Origin: Candidatus Hydrogenedentota bacterium
GTDB lineage: Bacteria; Hydrogenedentota; Hydrogenedentia; Hydrogenedentales; JAEUWI01
DNA: 64,000 nucleotides
Assembly (NCBI GenBank): GCA_034669905.1
Contig: JAXMOL010000044.1
Location: 1-64,000, forward strand
Direction of reading: 5' to 3'
Position 1 is the first letter of the stretch. Every line of letters starts with the position of its first letter. The position numbers were made by a program, and so were the translations under genes. The notes beneath the pieces are model-generated. The model made no database searches and was not told where the DNA came from. It saw only the letters and a list, made by a program, of their open reading frames with translations. Below, piece by piece: positions 46,301 to 55,321 of the stretch.

Positions 46301-49300
46301 AGACGCACCGCTGGTGGCGCTGGCCGTAAAGGTCGGGATGGGATTGACGGCGATGAAATCGGTCTTGGTTTCGGTGGCCGTGCCTTCGGAAGTATTTACC
46401 GTGAGGGAGACGGTATAGGTTCCGGGCGTTGTGTAGTTGTGGGTAGGGGAGGCGTCGGTGCTCGTGCCGCCATCGCCAAAATTCCATAGCACGCTGTTCA
46501 AGGTGGCGCCGCCCAGGTTGGTCGTATCCGTGAAGGCAACGGCCAGGGTTGGGGGGCCGCTGAGTGGGGTCGCGCTGAAGTCGGGCGCGGGGATAACCTG
46601 GATGGTTGTAGGCATCGCCACCGTGCTGTCGCCGGCTTCAGTCGTAATGGTGAGGGAGGCATCGAAAGAGCCCGCGCTGGTGTAGGTATGTACGGGGTTC
46701 TGCGCCGTGCTCGTGTTGCCGTCACCGAAATCCCAGGCCCAGTTGCTTACGGTCGCCGTGCCCACATTGGAGGTGTCGGTAAACTGCACCGCGAGGGGTA
46801 CGACGCCCATGGTGGTGTCGGTGGAAAAGGAGGGGATGGGGTCCACGGTGATGGTCGCTACCGTCGTGGTGGTCGTGACCTCTTCTCCGGTCAGGATGGT
46901 CAGGGTCACCTCGAATACGCCCGGCGTGCTGAAGGTGTGGGTCGGGCTTTCCGCCGTGCTGGTGTTGCCGTCGCCAAAATCCCACAGCCATGAGACATCC
47001 GTGTAGTTGCCGACGTCGGTGGCATTGGTAAACACGACGGAGGCGGTGCCCATGCCGTCGGTGATTTCCGTCGTGGCGGTGAGCACCGGAAGCACCTGAA
47101 CGAAACCAGCGCGGGTCGTCATGGCGTCCCCCTGGGTGGTGGTGACGGTCAGGGTGACATCATAGAGGCCGGGGACGGTGTAACTGTAGGTGGGGGAGCC
47201 TTCCTCGATGGGGTCGCCTTCGCCCACATCCCAGGTGCGTTTGGAGATCGTTAACCCCCCGGCGTCGGTGCGGTCCACAAAGGTGACATCCAGGGGGGCC
47301 ACACCGCGGACCACGTTGGCCGTAAAACGAACCAACGGGGTAACGACAATGTAGCCCGCTTTGGTTTCGGTATCGGGCCCTTCGCTGCTCGTGGTGGTGA
47401 GGGATACGGTGTAGGTACCGGGTGTCGAATAGGTGTGGCTGGGGTTCTGGAGGGTGCTGGAGGCGCCATCACCGAAATCCCATTGGCGGCTCAAGATGGC
47501 GAGGTTTCCGGGGTCGGTCTCATCGGTAAACTGTACCGCCAGACTACCGGCACCGTTTGTGACATCGGCGGAGAACGCGGCCTCCGGGCGAATGGATACA
47601 TAGCCGGTCCGGGTGGTGGCGCTGTTGCCGATATCGGTGAGTACCGTCAAACTGACGGCGTAGAGTCCCGGCTTCTGGAAGGTATGCGTGGGGTTCTGGA
47701 GGGCGCTATGCCCTCCGTCACCAAAGTTCCAGTCCCAGCCATTCAGCGTGAGGGAGCCGGCGTCGGTCGTATCTTCAAACTGGACTTCCAGGGGACCACC
47801 GGCCGCCGTGCGGGGTTCGCCGGTGAAGCTTGGGGTCGGCCGCAGGTTGACGGCCGCCCGTTTCGTGAGGGAGACGTCTCCCTGGGACGTACTGAGGGTC
47901 AACGTGACGTCATAGCTCCCGGGTGCGGTGTACTGGTGCACGGGGTTCATCGCGTCGCTGCTTTCGCCGTCGCCAAAGTCCCAGGTGCGTCCTGTTATCG
48001 TGAGTGTCCCCGTCGCTGTGGTGTCGGTGAAGGTTACGAAGGCCGGTGCCTGGCCGGTGGCGGGACTTGCCGTAAAGGTGACGGCGGGATCTACCTGGAT
48101 ATAGGCTTGTTTTCGTTCGGACTCTGGCCCTGAGGTGGTATCCAGATTGAGGGTCACCGTGTAAATGCCCGGTTCCCGGTAGACATGCACCGGGTCTTCG
48201 GCGGTACTGGTGTTGCCGTCGCCGAAGTCCCAGACGCGCCCGGTTATTCGTTCGGAACCGGGGGACGATTCATCACGAAACTGGACGGAGAGGGGGGCGG
48301 TTCCCTGGGTGACGGTGGCGGAGAAATCCGCATCTGGGCGTTGCTGTACGGCCACATAGTCGATACGGGTTTGGGTGTCACTGCCTTCCGTCGTGGTCAC
48401 CGTCAGCTTGACGGTATAGGTGCCTACGTTGGTGTAGATACGGGTCGGGTTTTGGGCGTCACTGGTGGTGCCGTCACCGAAATCCCACAGCCATGCGGTG
48501 ATGGGACTGGTCCCTGGAAGCGACGTATCGCTGAAGGTGACGGTGAGGGGGCTTTCTCCCTGGGTGGGCGTGGCGCTGAAGTCGGCGTCGGGCGTGGAAA
48601 CGACTTCGATGAACGCCGTCTCAATATGAATGTCGGAACCGACAGCGCTCTGGACCAGCAGTGAAACGGTGTAGATGCCGGGTTGCGTGTAGGTGTGTAC
48701 CGGGTTGGTTTCGCCACTGGTGGTGGCGTCTCCGAAATTCCATTGGCGACCACTGATGGGGGTCGCTCCCGCGGTGGAGGCATCGAGGAAGGAGACCGTC
48801 AGGGGTACGGTGCCCCGAAGCACGGAGGCCGTAAAACCCGCCGTGGGCGTGGCCTGAACGGAAATCAGGTCGGCCTTGGTGATGCTGTTCGTGCCGGCGT
48901 CTGTGGTCACCGTCAACACGATATCGTACTCCCCGGCCTCGGTGAACTCATGGATGGGATTGCGTTGGACCGAACTGGTGCCGTCACCGAAATCCCAGAG
49001 CCAGGAAGTGATTGGTGCGGTGCCGGGAAGGGATTCGTCCACAAACTGGACCACCAGTGGGGCACCGCCACTCGTTGGGGAAGCGGAAAAGGCAGCGGTG
49101 GGTGCCTGGGTAACGGTGATGAGGTTGTTCATGGTCCCGGTGATTTCACCGGCGGCGGTACGGGTCGTCAGAGAAACCGAGTAGATACCGGGGGTTTCAT
49201 AACGGTGGGTCGGGCTTTGTTCGTTGCTGGTGCCCCCATCGCCAAAGACCCAGGTCCAGGAATCAATGGGGGCCGAGCCTGGGATGCTGGTATCGGTAAA

Positions 49301-49966
49301 GCGCACGTCGAGCGGTGCGGCACCGCGCACGGGGGTGGCGTCGAATTGTACCGCTGGCAACTGGGCTGCGGTGATGTACCGGTTGCGGGTTATGGTGTTG
49401 GTGCCACCATCGGAGGTGACCGTCAGAGAGACGTTGTACTCACCGGGCTGGACGTAGGTGTGGGCCGGGCTGCGTTCGGTACTGACTTCGCCATCGCCAA
49501 AGGTCCAGCGCCAGGCGGTGGCTTCAAAGGGGGCGGTGATCGAGGTGTCTTCAAACTGGACGGTCAGGGGCGTATTGCCGGAGCGGGGGGACGCCGTAAA
49601 ATCGGCATCGGGTATGGCCTTCACGTTGATAAAGGCTTCTTTGGTTTCGGTGGAAGTGCCATTGTTGTTGGCGACGCGGAGGGTTACCCGATAGAATCCG
49701 TTGGTGGTGTACACGTGGACGGGACTCTGGTCGACACTCTGGCTGCCATCGCCGAAATCCCAGAGCCACGAGGTGATATCGGCCCCGCCGTCCAGCGACT
49801 GGTCAATAAAATTGACGGTGAGGGGCGCATCGCCTTCGGTGGGTGACGCGGTAAAAGCGGCCGTTGGGGTTGCGAAAGGGCATCCCGACAGAAACAGCGG
49901 GGCCATCCCAAGGAAGAGCCCGAAAAGGGCAGAAAAAACTACGCGACTTTGTATCTGTTTCCGCAT
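43352..49966 (-). CDS. Large PKD-repeat surface lipoprotein (21 PKD domains)
   Basis: Lipobox-like FLSGC; 21 WxFGDG-type repeats counted; C-terminal non-repeat domains. Confidence 0.92.
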   Translation of the reverse strand: MRKQIQSRVVFSALFGLFLGMAPLFLSGCPFATPTAAFTASPTEGDAPLTVNFIDQSLDGGADITSWLWDFGDGSQSVDQSPVHVYTTNGFYRVTLRVANNNGTSTETKEAFINVKAIPDADFTASPRSGNTPLTVQFEDTSITAPFEATAWRWTFGDGEVSTERSPAHTYVQPGEYNVSLTVTSDGGTNTITRNRYITAAQLPAVQFDATPVRGAAPLDVRFTDTSIPGSAPIDSWTWVFGDGGTSNEQSPTHRYETPGIYSVSLTTRTAAGEITGTMNNLITVTQAPTAAFSASPTSGGAPLVVQFVDESLPGTAPITSWLWDFGDGTSSVQRNPIHEFTEAGEYDIVLTVTTDAGTNSITKADLISVQATPTAGFTASVLRGTVPLTVSFLDASTAGATPISGRQWNFGDATTSGETNPVHTYTQPGIYTVSLLVQSAVGSDIHIETAFIEVVSTPDADFSATPTQGESPLTVTFSDTSLPGTSPITAWLWDFGDGTTSDAQNPTRIYTNVGTYTVKLTVTTTEGSDTQTRIDYVAVQQRPDADFSATVTQGTAPLSVQFRDESSPGSERITGRVWDFGDGNTSTAEDPVHVYREPGIYTVTLNLDTTSGPESERKQAYIQVDPAVTFTASPATGQAPAFVTFTDTTATGTLTITGRTWDFGDGESSDAMNPVHQYTAPGSYDVTLTLSTSQGDVSLTKRAAVNLRPTPSFTGEPRTAAGGPLEVQFEDTTDAGSLTLNGWDWNFGDGGHSALQNPTHTFQKPGLYAVSLTVLTDIGNSATTRTGYVSIRPEAAFSADVTNGAGSLAVQFTDETDPGNLAILSRQWDFGDGASSTLQNPSHTYSTPGTYTVSLTTTSSEGPDTETKAGYIVVTPLVRFTANVVRGVAPLDVTFVDRTDAGGLTISKRTWDVGEGDPIEEGSPTYSYTVPGLYDVTLTVTTTQGDAMTTRAGFVQVLPVLTATTEITDGMGTASVVFTNATDVGNYTDVSWLWDFGDGNTSTAESPTHTFSTPGVFEVTLTILTGEEVTTTTTVATITVDPIPSFSTDTTMGVVPLAVQFTDTSNVGTATVSNWAWDFGDGNTSTAQNPVHTYTSAGSFDASLTITTEAGDSTVAMPTTIQVIPAPDFSATPLSGPPTLAVAFTDTTNLGGATLNSVLWNFGDGGTSTDASPTHNYTTPGTYTVSLTVNTSEGTATETKTDFIAVNPIPTFTASATSGASPFTVNFTDTTNLGSVTPTAYAWNFGDGGTSSDQNPSHTYVAAGVYSVTMIITSAQGQVVATETDLITVTPDVQLSTSASSGPTPLTVTLTDTTVIGNLTVTDWVWNFGDGTGTVTTQTNSTSHTYTAPGNYTPTLTIVTSGGNFSGSLAAPIMANPVPTFSADYRSGPGTFTVTFTDNTAGGSVNTTSRAWDFGDGSTTTTANTTVSHTYSTAGTYDVTMDLTTDIQGMLSKTEVNYITAHPLSYAVTGGTSGTVTHAITVSNTTPAGDLPILTTQWNYGDGTAQTPATSHSYTAAGSYTLSMIVSTVQGSQTYTGITPINVAPVVSFTTDVDEGPAVMDVLFTDTTTPDSVVVTSRTWDFGDGTSVVVNAPTTTVSHQYTNTGTNTAVSQAKLTLNTNIGDVESATAQSITLHPINFSGNVTNQPHDLNVTFTDNTTVGDLTITSRNWDFKDTDTATTAGNTTSHLYVEPGNYPVELTITTSQGNMATGTISSNILVRPVVKYFETSAVKGPKPHTVNFEDQTFLGNLTGVSRRWTWGDGTTTTVAGTTTSHTYTTAGCFDATMELLTNEGTFSDNSFAVRVTAEEISTFTPPTTPDNSQAGIMFDLNALKNLRVDSITLNFSTSGQTANVRTYASASSSIGNENNAGVWAFQGDLSVTTSTATEVDIPNITMSSGNRFGFYLLNTLSGGTSPTLRYQTASTFDSFNDGNIRIFTNAGRALGSANDFDGAIFSPRHFVGSIQYIHELTCNLKSGGLALQANARTAHLGPQPTDQSSVYPEPHREAPTAITPDGGRVSLGNYSALGGQYHEQLLIKTNAQLDVLWELDLEGYAFDSVQDIDALPGGDLILSGSTSLDGLPGEALLVRVDSDGNLLWEQVLPEVDAPNLRAIVGTTQGDLAVLVAQPRENGAFEPTVYRLDAYSNLLWTATLPPVYLDAGWGIAEGGDGSLLIYGSTVQPPEDTTAWTQRLLPDGTLAPMGTR

Positions 49967-50121
49967 GTACGTCCTGACGAACGGTTACTGCAATGCATTG
50001 GCAGAAGGGCCGCGTTTTCGACCGCTGTATGTGGAATTGAAAACGCGCTAAACCACTGATGCCAATGTGCTTCCCAAGAGTTGGCACTTCCCCGGCACCA
50101 AGGCACCGTTCCAGTAGGAAC

Positions 50122-50150
50122 ATTCTGCCTTTCACGCCCGCCATTGTCAA
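50122..50150 (-). promoter_or_regulatory. Candidate sigma70 promoter of the PKD gene
   Basis: Minus strand TTGACA-N17-CAGAAT. Confidence 0.55.
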
Positions 50151-50194
50151 CCTGATGAACGGTACCGGACACGTGTTTGCGGGGCGGTTCGGGG

Positions 50195-50230
50195 AAAAAA
50201 CAAAGCGCCCTTCCGGGTCGGGAGGGCGCT
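50195..50230 (-). terminator. Intrinsic terminator after the AGE epimerase gene
   Basis: AGCGCCCTTCC / GGGAGGGCGCT stem with A-rich run on +. Confidence 0.7.
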
Positions 50231-50256
50231 GTAGCAGGGGGCAGGTTGGGGGAAGT

Positions 50257-51531
50257 CTAGTCCGTGGCTTTCGCGATAAGCTGGGAGAGACGTCGTTCAC
50301 TCTGAATCATGGCGCGTACGGTGTGGTAGTTGATCTTCCAGGCGTGGCCCATATAATCCCACATCCGATTATTGTGCTCATCAAAGAGGGGATACCACTC
50401 ACCGACCTTGTGATTGATGACATGGTCCATGGCGAAGCGATGCACGTTCTCATAGCCGTCGAGGTATTTCTCGTCGCCATAGAGGAGCGTGGCATCGAGG
50501 AGGCCCACCATCGTTTCCGCCTGCTGCCAGAATTCCTTGTTTCTTTCCCGGGCCGCACCATCGTGGGGGCCTTCGCAGTAGACGCCCCCGCGTTCCCAAT
50601 CGATGCCATAGGCGATACAGTGATCGTAGAGCTTCTGCATGGGCAGGCGGTAGTCTTCAACGTCGAGACCGAGGATGTCGATAGAGTGCTTCAGGAGCCA
50701 ACCGAATTCCACGTTATGGCCGAAGCTGGTGTTGTTGAGCGGTCGGCCATCGTCTTCTTCCACGTCCCGATCGGAACCCCAGACGTTTTTGAAGATAATG
50801 GCCCGGAGGGGCTGCCAGTCGAGGGAGAATTGGGCAATGCCTGTGCCGAATTCGGGGTGGATCATGTGTTTAAAGAGCAGGTCGATGACGTAGCAGGCAT
50901 CTTCTTTGTACTGTTCTTCCCCGGTGGCCTCATAGAGGTTGGTGAAGGCTTCCATGAGATGCATGTGAACATCGAAAGACTTGCGGTCCCCCCCGTAGAC
51001 GCCGGGCTGCTTGGGTTTCCAATCTTCCTCCATAAACTCGAGGAAGCCCCCGTTTTCATTGTCGGCCGCGAGGCTCGTGAGGCATTTGTAGGTTTCGACG
51101 GCCATTTCGAGGGCGCGGTTGTCGCCGGAGGCCATGGCATATTCCGACAGGGCATAGATGGCGAAGGAGTGGCCATAGGTCAGTTTCGAGCGGTTTTCCG
51201 GCTCCCCCTCCCGGCTGGTCGTCCAATACCAGCCCGTGTATTCGTTGTCCCAGAAATGGTTTACAAGGAAATCCACGCCCTGGCGGGCGATCTCGAGAAA
51301 CTTGCCGTCGCCCAGATTGGCCCGATGGGCCGAGGCGGCCGAGTAGATCATGCGGGTCTGGCAGACCAGGGTTTTGGTGCCCTCGCCCGTGGCCTTCCCA
51401 TCTTTGTCCAGATAGGTCAGGAATCCCCCATATTCTTCATCGGTGCCATGGGTGAGCCAGAAGGGGATAAGCTCGTTCAGGAGGTGGTGCTGAACTTCTT
51501 TAATCAGGGGCGTCAAGCGCGCAGTGTTCAT
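50257..51531 (-). CDS. AGE family epimerase/isomerase (cellobiose 2-epimerase-like)
   Basis: QTRMIY, YGHSFAIYAL, HMHLMEAF, SFGHNVEFGWLL, FWQQAE, WKINYH. Confidence 0.9.
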   Translation of the reverse strand: MNTARLTPLIKEVQHHLLNELIPFWLTHGTDEEYGGFLTYLDKDGKATGEGTKTLVCQTRMIYSAASAHRANLGDGKFLEIARQGVDFLVNHFWDNEYTGWYWTTSREGEPENRSKLTYGHSFAIYALSEYAMASGDNRALEMAVETYKCLTSLAADNENGGFLEFMEEDWKPKQPGVYGGDRKSFDVHMHLMEAFTNLYEATGEEQYKEDACYVIDLLFKHMIHPEFGTGIAQFSLDWQPLRAIIFKNVWGSDRDVEEDDGRPLNNTSFGHNVEFGWLLKHSIDILGLDVEDYRLPMQKLYDHCIAYGIDWERGGVYCEGPHDGAARERNKEFWQQAETMVGLLDATLLYGDEKYLDGYENVHRFAMDHVINHKVGEWYPLFDEHNNRMWDYMGHAWKINYHTVRAMIQSERRLSQLIAKATD

Positions 51532-51653
51532 AGGAATGTAACCTTCTATCGCGTAAAAGCAGGGATGGAATACCGGAAATTTATTGGGAGAGGGCCTTCA
51601 GAGATTGGGTGATCATGGCAGAAAAACGGCGGGAAACACAAGCCATGGGGCGC

Positions 51654-52208
51654 TTAATGACGTGGCTGTGGTGCGGCTTTTTCGCGGCGCGGTTTGGATA
51701 AGGTATGGGCATAGGCCAGCACAATCCAGAGGAGGAAAGGCAGGGTGAGAAAGAACTGGGCGAGGGCGGTCGGGATTTCCGTATGACGTTGCAGGGTGGG
51801 GGCGAATGCCAGGGCCAGCACGATGAAGAGTACGTGGCCGACACAGAGCAAGGCGGCGCCGAGGAGCGTTGCGATCAGGCGATGTCGGGCGCCGAGGCCC
51901 GGTGTGGCGAGCATGAGTGCCACGAAGGGGGGCAGGTTGGTGATGAGCTTCACAAACTGCATGCGGGTGGCCTGCTCGCCGAGATAGAAGACGAGGACGC
52001 TCTCCGTATGGAGAATGCCCTGGGGCTCGATGTGTCCCGCCGTAAGGGGCATGGACCAGACATCGCGGAGCAGAAGGCCACAGCTCTGCACAAGGAGCCA
52101 GCCGTAGTAGGGGGCCATGAGCCACCACACGGGCACAAAGAGCAGGGCGAGGGCCAGAAAGCGTAGTCCGAAGAACAACCAGGTTCGCGGCGGGAAGGTA
52201 TCCATCAT
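51654..52208 (-). CDS. Exosortase-associated membrane protein (XrtH-partner-like)
   Basis: Multi-TM, NLPPFVALMLATP; ATGA overlap with the exosortase stop. Confidence 0.65.
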   Translation of the reverse strand: MMDTFPPRTWLFFGLRFLALALLFVPVWWLMAPYYGWLLVQSCGLLLRDVWSMPLTAGHIEPQGILHTESVLVFYLGEQATRMQFVKLITNLPPFVALMLATPGLGARHRLIATLLGAALLCVGHVLFIVLALAFAPTLQRHTEIPTALAQFFLTLPFLLWIVLAYAHTLSKPRREKAAPQPRH

Positions 52209-53014
52209 GGGGCATGTCGCCGGACGATATACTCCACCCACGCGAGCCAGAGCAGAACCACAATGCCGACGTAGACTGCCTGCCAGACATACTCATGGGC
52301 GAAGTTAAACCACGCCCCACCCCCATCCATTGCACCAATGATTGCGAGACAGGTCAGGCGGAGGAGGTTGATCCCGTAGAGTGTGGGGATGCCCAGGAGA
52401 AGCCCGGCCATACGTTGCCGCCATGTGGCGGGGAAGGCCAGGATGGCGGCCAGAAAGATGGCCATGATCTCTGTAGCGCCGCAGGTGGGCACGACATCAA
52501 AGCGAAACTGCTTGCCTTGTTGGGCCGCACGCTGCTCCGGGTTACCTAAGGAAGCGGTGACTTGCTCTCGAAGGGCCTGTATCTGGGCGTCTCGATTGGC
52601 AGAAGGGACGGAATCGGCCGCACGGGCCAATTCCAATTCCTGAATACGTTGGTGAATCCCGGGCCGCCACACAAAGTGCACCCGGGGGCCCATCTCTGGC
52701 GGCGGAGAGGATGATGCCCGGGCGCGTTCTGCCCGGTCTTGCCATTGCGCCCAGGCGCTCCGGGGATCTTTGGACGTCCCGTCCGATTCCAGGGTGGCAC
52801 CGTGACCCACCCGATCCAGAAGCCCCGTCGTGTGGCGGGCCACCTGAAAGAGATACCAGTCATTGGCCGGGCTGATTACGATGTACCGATAGCCGATCAG
52901 TTGGAGAAGGACCAGCACGACGAACACCGCGACGAAACGAAACACCCCCCGGAAGGGGTAGGGGGAACCCGCTCCCGGGTCCGCATCGTGTCTCGTCTCC
53001 GTTTCAGGATTCAT
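52205..53014 (-). CDS. Exosortase/archaeosortase family protein (XrtH-like)
   Basis: Cys-Arg-His triad: VVPTCG, INLLRL, FAHEYVWQ; AILAFPATW. Confidence 0.88.
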   Translation of the reverse strand: MNPETETRHDADPGAGSPYPFRGVFRFVAVFVVLVLLQLIGYRYIVISPANDWYLFQVARHTTGLLDRVGHGATLESDGTSKDPRSAWAQWQDRAERARASSSPPPEMGPRVHFVWRPGIHQRIQELELARAADSVPSANRDAQIQALREQVTASLGNPEQRAAQQGKQFRFDVVPTCGATEIMAIFLAAILAFPATWRQRMAGLLLGIPTLYGINLLRLTCLAIIGAMDGGGAWFNFAHEYVWQAVYVGIVVLLWLAWVEYIVRRHAP

Positions 53015-53079
53015 CGGGCACTACTCCCCTTTCCACTGGCCAACGCCGATGGGGCCACCGGATTGCTTCACCCGCCTGC

Positions 53080-54138
53080 CTACTCGGCCGAGTCGGGAGC
53101 GGCACCCAGGGCAATCTCGCCCACATAAACCCCGGCGCCACCGTTCGGCTCTTTTTCGCCAGACTCGGCGTCGGTTTGGGAATACCAACTGATGTAAAAA
53201 CGGGGGCTGACTTCATCCAGCGATTCGGGAACGATCAGGAGGCCAGGGTAGGCGTTGTCGCCACCACTGGGGAGGGTAATGAGCTCTGTCAGGGTGCGGC
53301 CCTGCAATTCCCAAAGCTTCGTCACATGCTTTCCATCCGCATCGCCGCGCCCGGCCACGAAGATGCGTTCCAGCCAGAACGCCAGGGCCGGGGAGTGAAC
53401 CATGGTATTCAGTTGTACATCTTCCCATTGCCGAAAACTGGCGTCGCTGCTGAAGAGTCGGGCGGGCTTGTTCGAACCTGTGCGGGACAGGACCGCAAAG
53501 GACTCCTCGTCGCGCTTCCAAAAGTCGGCTTCGCCGGCCATGTGGTCCTTCGTAATAGTACTTACCAGGTCCCATTGGACCCCGTCGGGCGAATGAAGCA
53601 AACGGGACTCGCGGTATTCGGGAACGGGACGCAGGGCCGTGTAGGCGACGGTATAGAAGGCGTCTTCAATATAGTGAACGCGCCACAGCCACCATCCGGG
53701 TTCATAGAGTCCTTGGACTTTGCTCCAGGTTTTTCCATCTTCCGAAGCGCTCATGTGGGAGCGGACGTTGTGGCGGCCCACGGGACGGGTGCCTTCCCCA
53801 TGGGTGGTGTCCCAGACCCCGAAGAAGACATAGAGCCGGTCGTTTGTCACGGCAAAATGGGGGTCTCGATCATCGCCTATGGTCTCGATGGTGCCGCAGT
53901 CTTCCCACGTCTTCATATCGGCGCTACGGCGTATCTGTATGACACCATCCATAGAGACGTGCCCAGAACCGACGCGGTTACACAGATAGTAGTGGCCCTT
54001 GAAGAAGGTCAGATCGGTAAAGGCATGGTGGCCCGGTGTGTTGGTGATTTTTTGGGACCAAACCAGGTGGGCCCCGGATTCGTCGGCCGGCACATTGACG
54101 GTAAGTGCCAGCAGGAAGAGTGCTATCAGAATGCGCAT
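53080..54138 (-). CDS. Secreted sialidase-like (BNR/Asp-box) beta-propeller protein
   Basis: Signal peptide; HHAFTDL, DRDP, SEDGKTW, SPDGVQW, GGDNAYPG. Confidence 0.8.
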   Translation of the reverse strand: MRILIALFLLALTVNVPADESGAHLVWSQKITNTPGHHAFTDLTFFKGHYYLCNRVGSGHVSMDGVIQIRRSADMKTWEDCGTIETIGDDRDPHFAVTNDRLYVFFGVWDTTHGEGTRPVGRHNVRSHMSASEDGKTWSKVQGLYEPGWWLWRVHYIEDAFYTVAYTALRPVPEYRESRLLHSPDGVQWDLVSTITKDHMAGEADFWKRDEESFAVLSRTGSNKPARLFSSDASFRQWEDVQLNTMVHSPALAFWLERIFVAGRGDADGKHVTKLWELQGRTLTELITLPSGGDNAYPGLLIVPESLDEVSPRFYISWYSQTDAESGEKEPNGGAGVYVGEIALGAAPDSAE

Positions 54139-54262
54139 GCGTACGTCCTCTCAGGTTTCTGCTCGAGGCGTCACTATAGCACAGGAATCCGGGTGTGTTG
54201 GACCCCGGATGCTCTCCCTGGGGTCGGGGGAAATTCCTTGGGTTTCCGTTCCATCGTGCGGG

Positions 54263-54877
54263 TTACAAGAGGGTAGTGTCGTCGGATTCCAGTACCTGTT
54301 TCAGGCATTCGGGGCAATAGCCGTGAGAAAACTCGGCCTCGGTGTGGGCGGAGACATACTGCTCGATTTCACTCCAGGCACCCTGGTCATTGCGCACCTT
54401 CTTGCAGTTCCCACAGATCGGCAGAATCCCCTCAAGGGAACGGACCTGGGCCAGGGCCTCCTGGAGCTCCAGAATCAGGCGCTCCCGTTCATCCTCTACC
54501 TGTTTGCGCGCGAGCACGTTTTCAATGGTAATCGGCAGTACTGTCAGGTAGCTGCGCTCATTGTCTTTAATGAGATAGTCCCGTGCGCCCAGGCGCATGG
54601 CATCCACGGCAACCTCTTCGCTGCCGCAGCCGGTAATAATAATGGCGGGCGTCTCCTCCAGCGCGGGCAAAACCTCGAGCCCGGTGCCGTCACCGAGTTC
54701 AAAATCGAGTAGAACGATGTCGTAGGAATGCGTGCGGAGCGCTTCCAAACCGGCGCGCTTTGACCCCACCGCGGTCAATGCGTAGGGGAGTTCGGATTCG
54801 TCGATATGGCGGGAAAGGGATTCCCTATCGATTTCATCGTCGTCGATAAGCAGGATGCGGATAGGGTCAGTGCTCAT
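54263..54877 (-). CDS. Response regulator with C-terminal Cys/His-rich domain
   Basis: REC (IDDD, LLD, T, K); coiled coil; LPICGNCKKVR...SHGYCPEC. Confidence 0.88.
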   Translation of the reverse strand: MSTDPIRILLIDDDEIDRESLSRHIDESELPYALTAVGSKRAGLEALRTHSYDIVLLDFELGDGTGLEVLPALEETPAIIITGCGSEEVAVDAMRLGARDYLIKDNERSYLTVLPITIENVLARKQVEDERERLILELQEALAQVRSLEGILPICGNCKKVRNDQGAWSEIEQYVSAHTEAEFSHGYCPECLKQVLESDDTTLL

Positions 54878-54886
54878 GGGGTGCTC

Positions 54887-55321
54887 CTACGGGGCGGATT
54901 CGCCTAGGGTCCAGTAGGTGCCAATGATACCTACAACCCGAACAAAATCGGCATACTCGACAGGCTTTATGAAATAGCCGGCGACCGAGTGCCGGAAACT
55001 TTCGAAACGATCAGACTCCTCCTGCGAAGTGGTCAAAACGACCACGGGGATGACACAGAGCGACGAATCCTCTTTGAGACAGGCCAGAAACTCGATGCCG
55101 TTCATGATGGGCATGTTGATATCCAGCAGGATAAGTCCGGGGCGAAGCGGTGGCTGGGCCTCTCCGCCGGGAGAAACGCCCTGGAGCAATTGGAGCGCGT
55201 GCTCCCCGTGGTCGGCCACCACGAGAGGGTTCGCGATGTTGTTTTCTTCGAAGGCCCGGGTGACGTTTTCTACGTCCACATCGTCATCTTCTACAAGGAG
55301 GATAGGTGTTGTGTTATTCAT
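54887..55321 (-). CDS. Single-domain response regulator (Rcp1-like)
   Basis: ILLVEDD, LILLDINMP, VVVLTTS, IKPV. Confidence 0.9.
   Translation of the reverse strand: MNNTTPILLVEDDDVDVENVTRAFEENNIANPLVVADHGEHALQLLQGVSPGGEAQPPLRPGLILLDINMPIMNGIEFLACLKEDSSLCVIPVVVLTTSQEESDRFESFRHSVAGYFIKPVEYADFVRVVGIIGTYWTLGESAP

Noticed and set aside
50050..50110. Cobalamin riboswitch suggested by GGTGCC and two GGGAAG on the minus strand
   Set aside because: Core P4-P6 elements and the B12 box are absent, and the downstream gene is unrelated.
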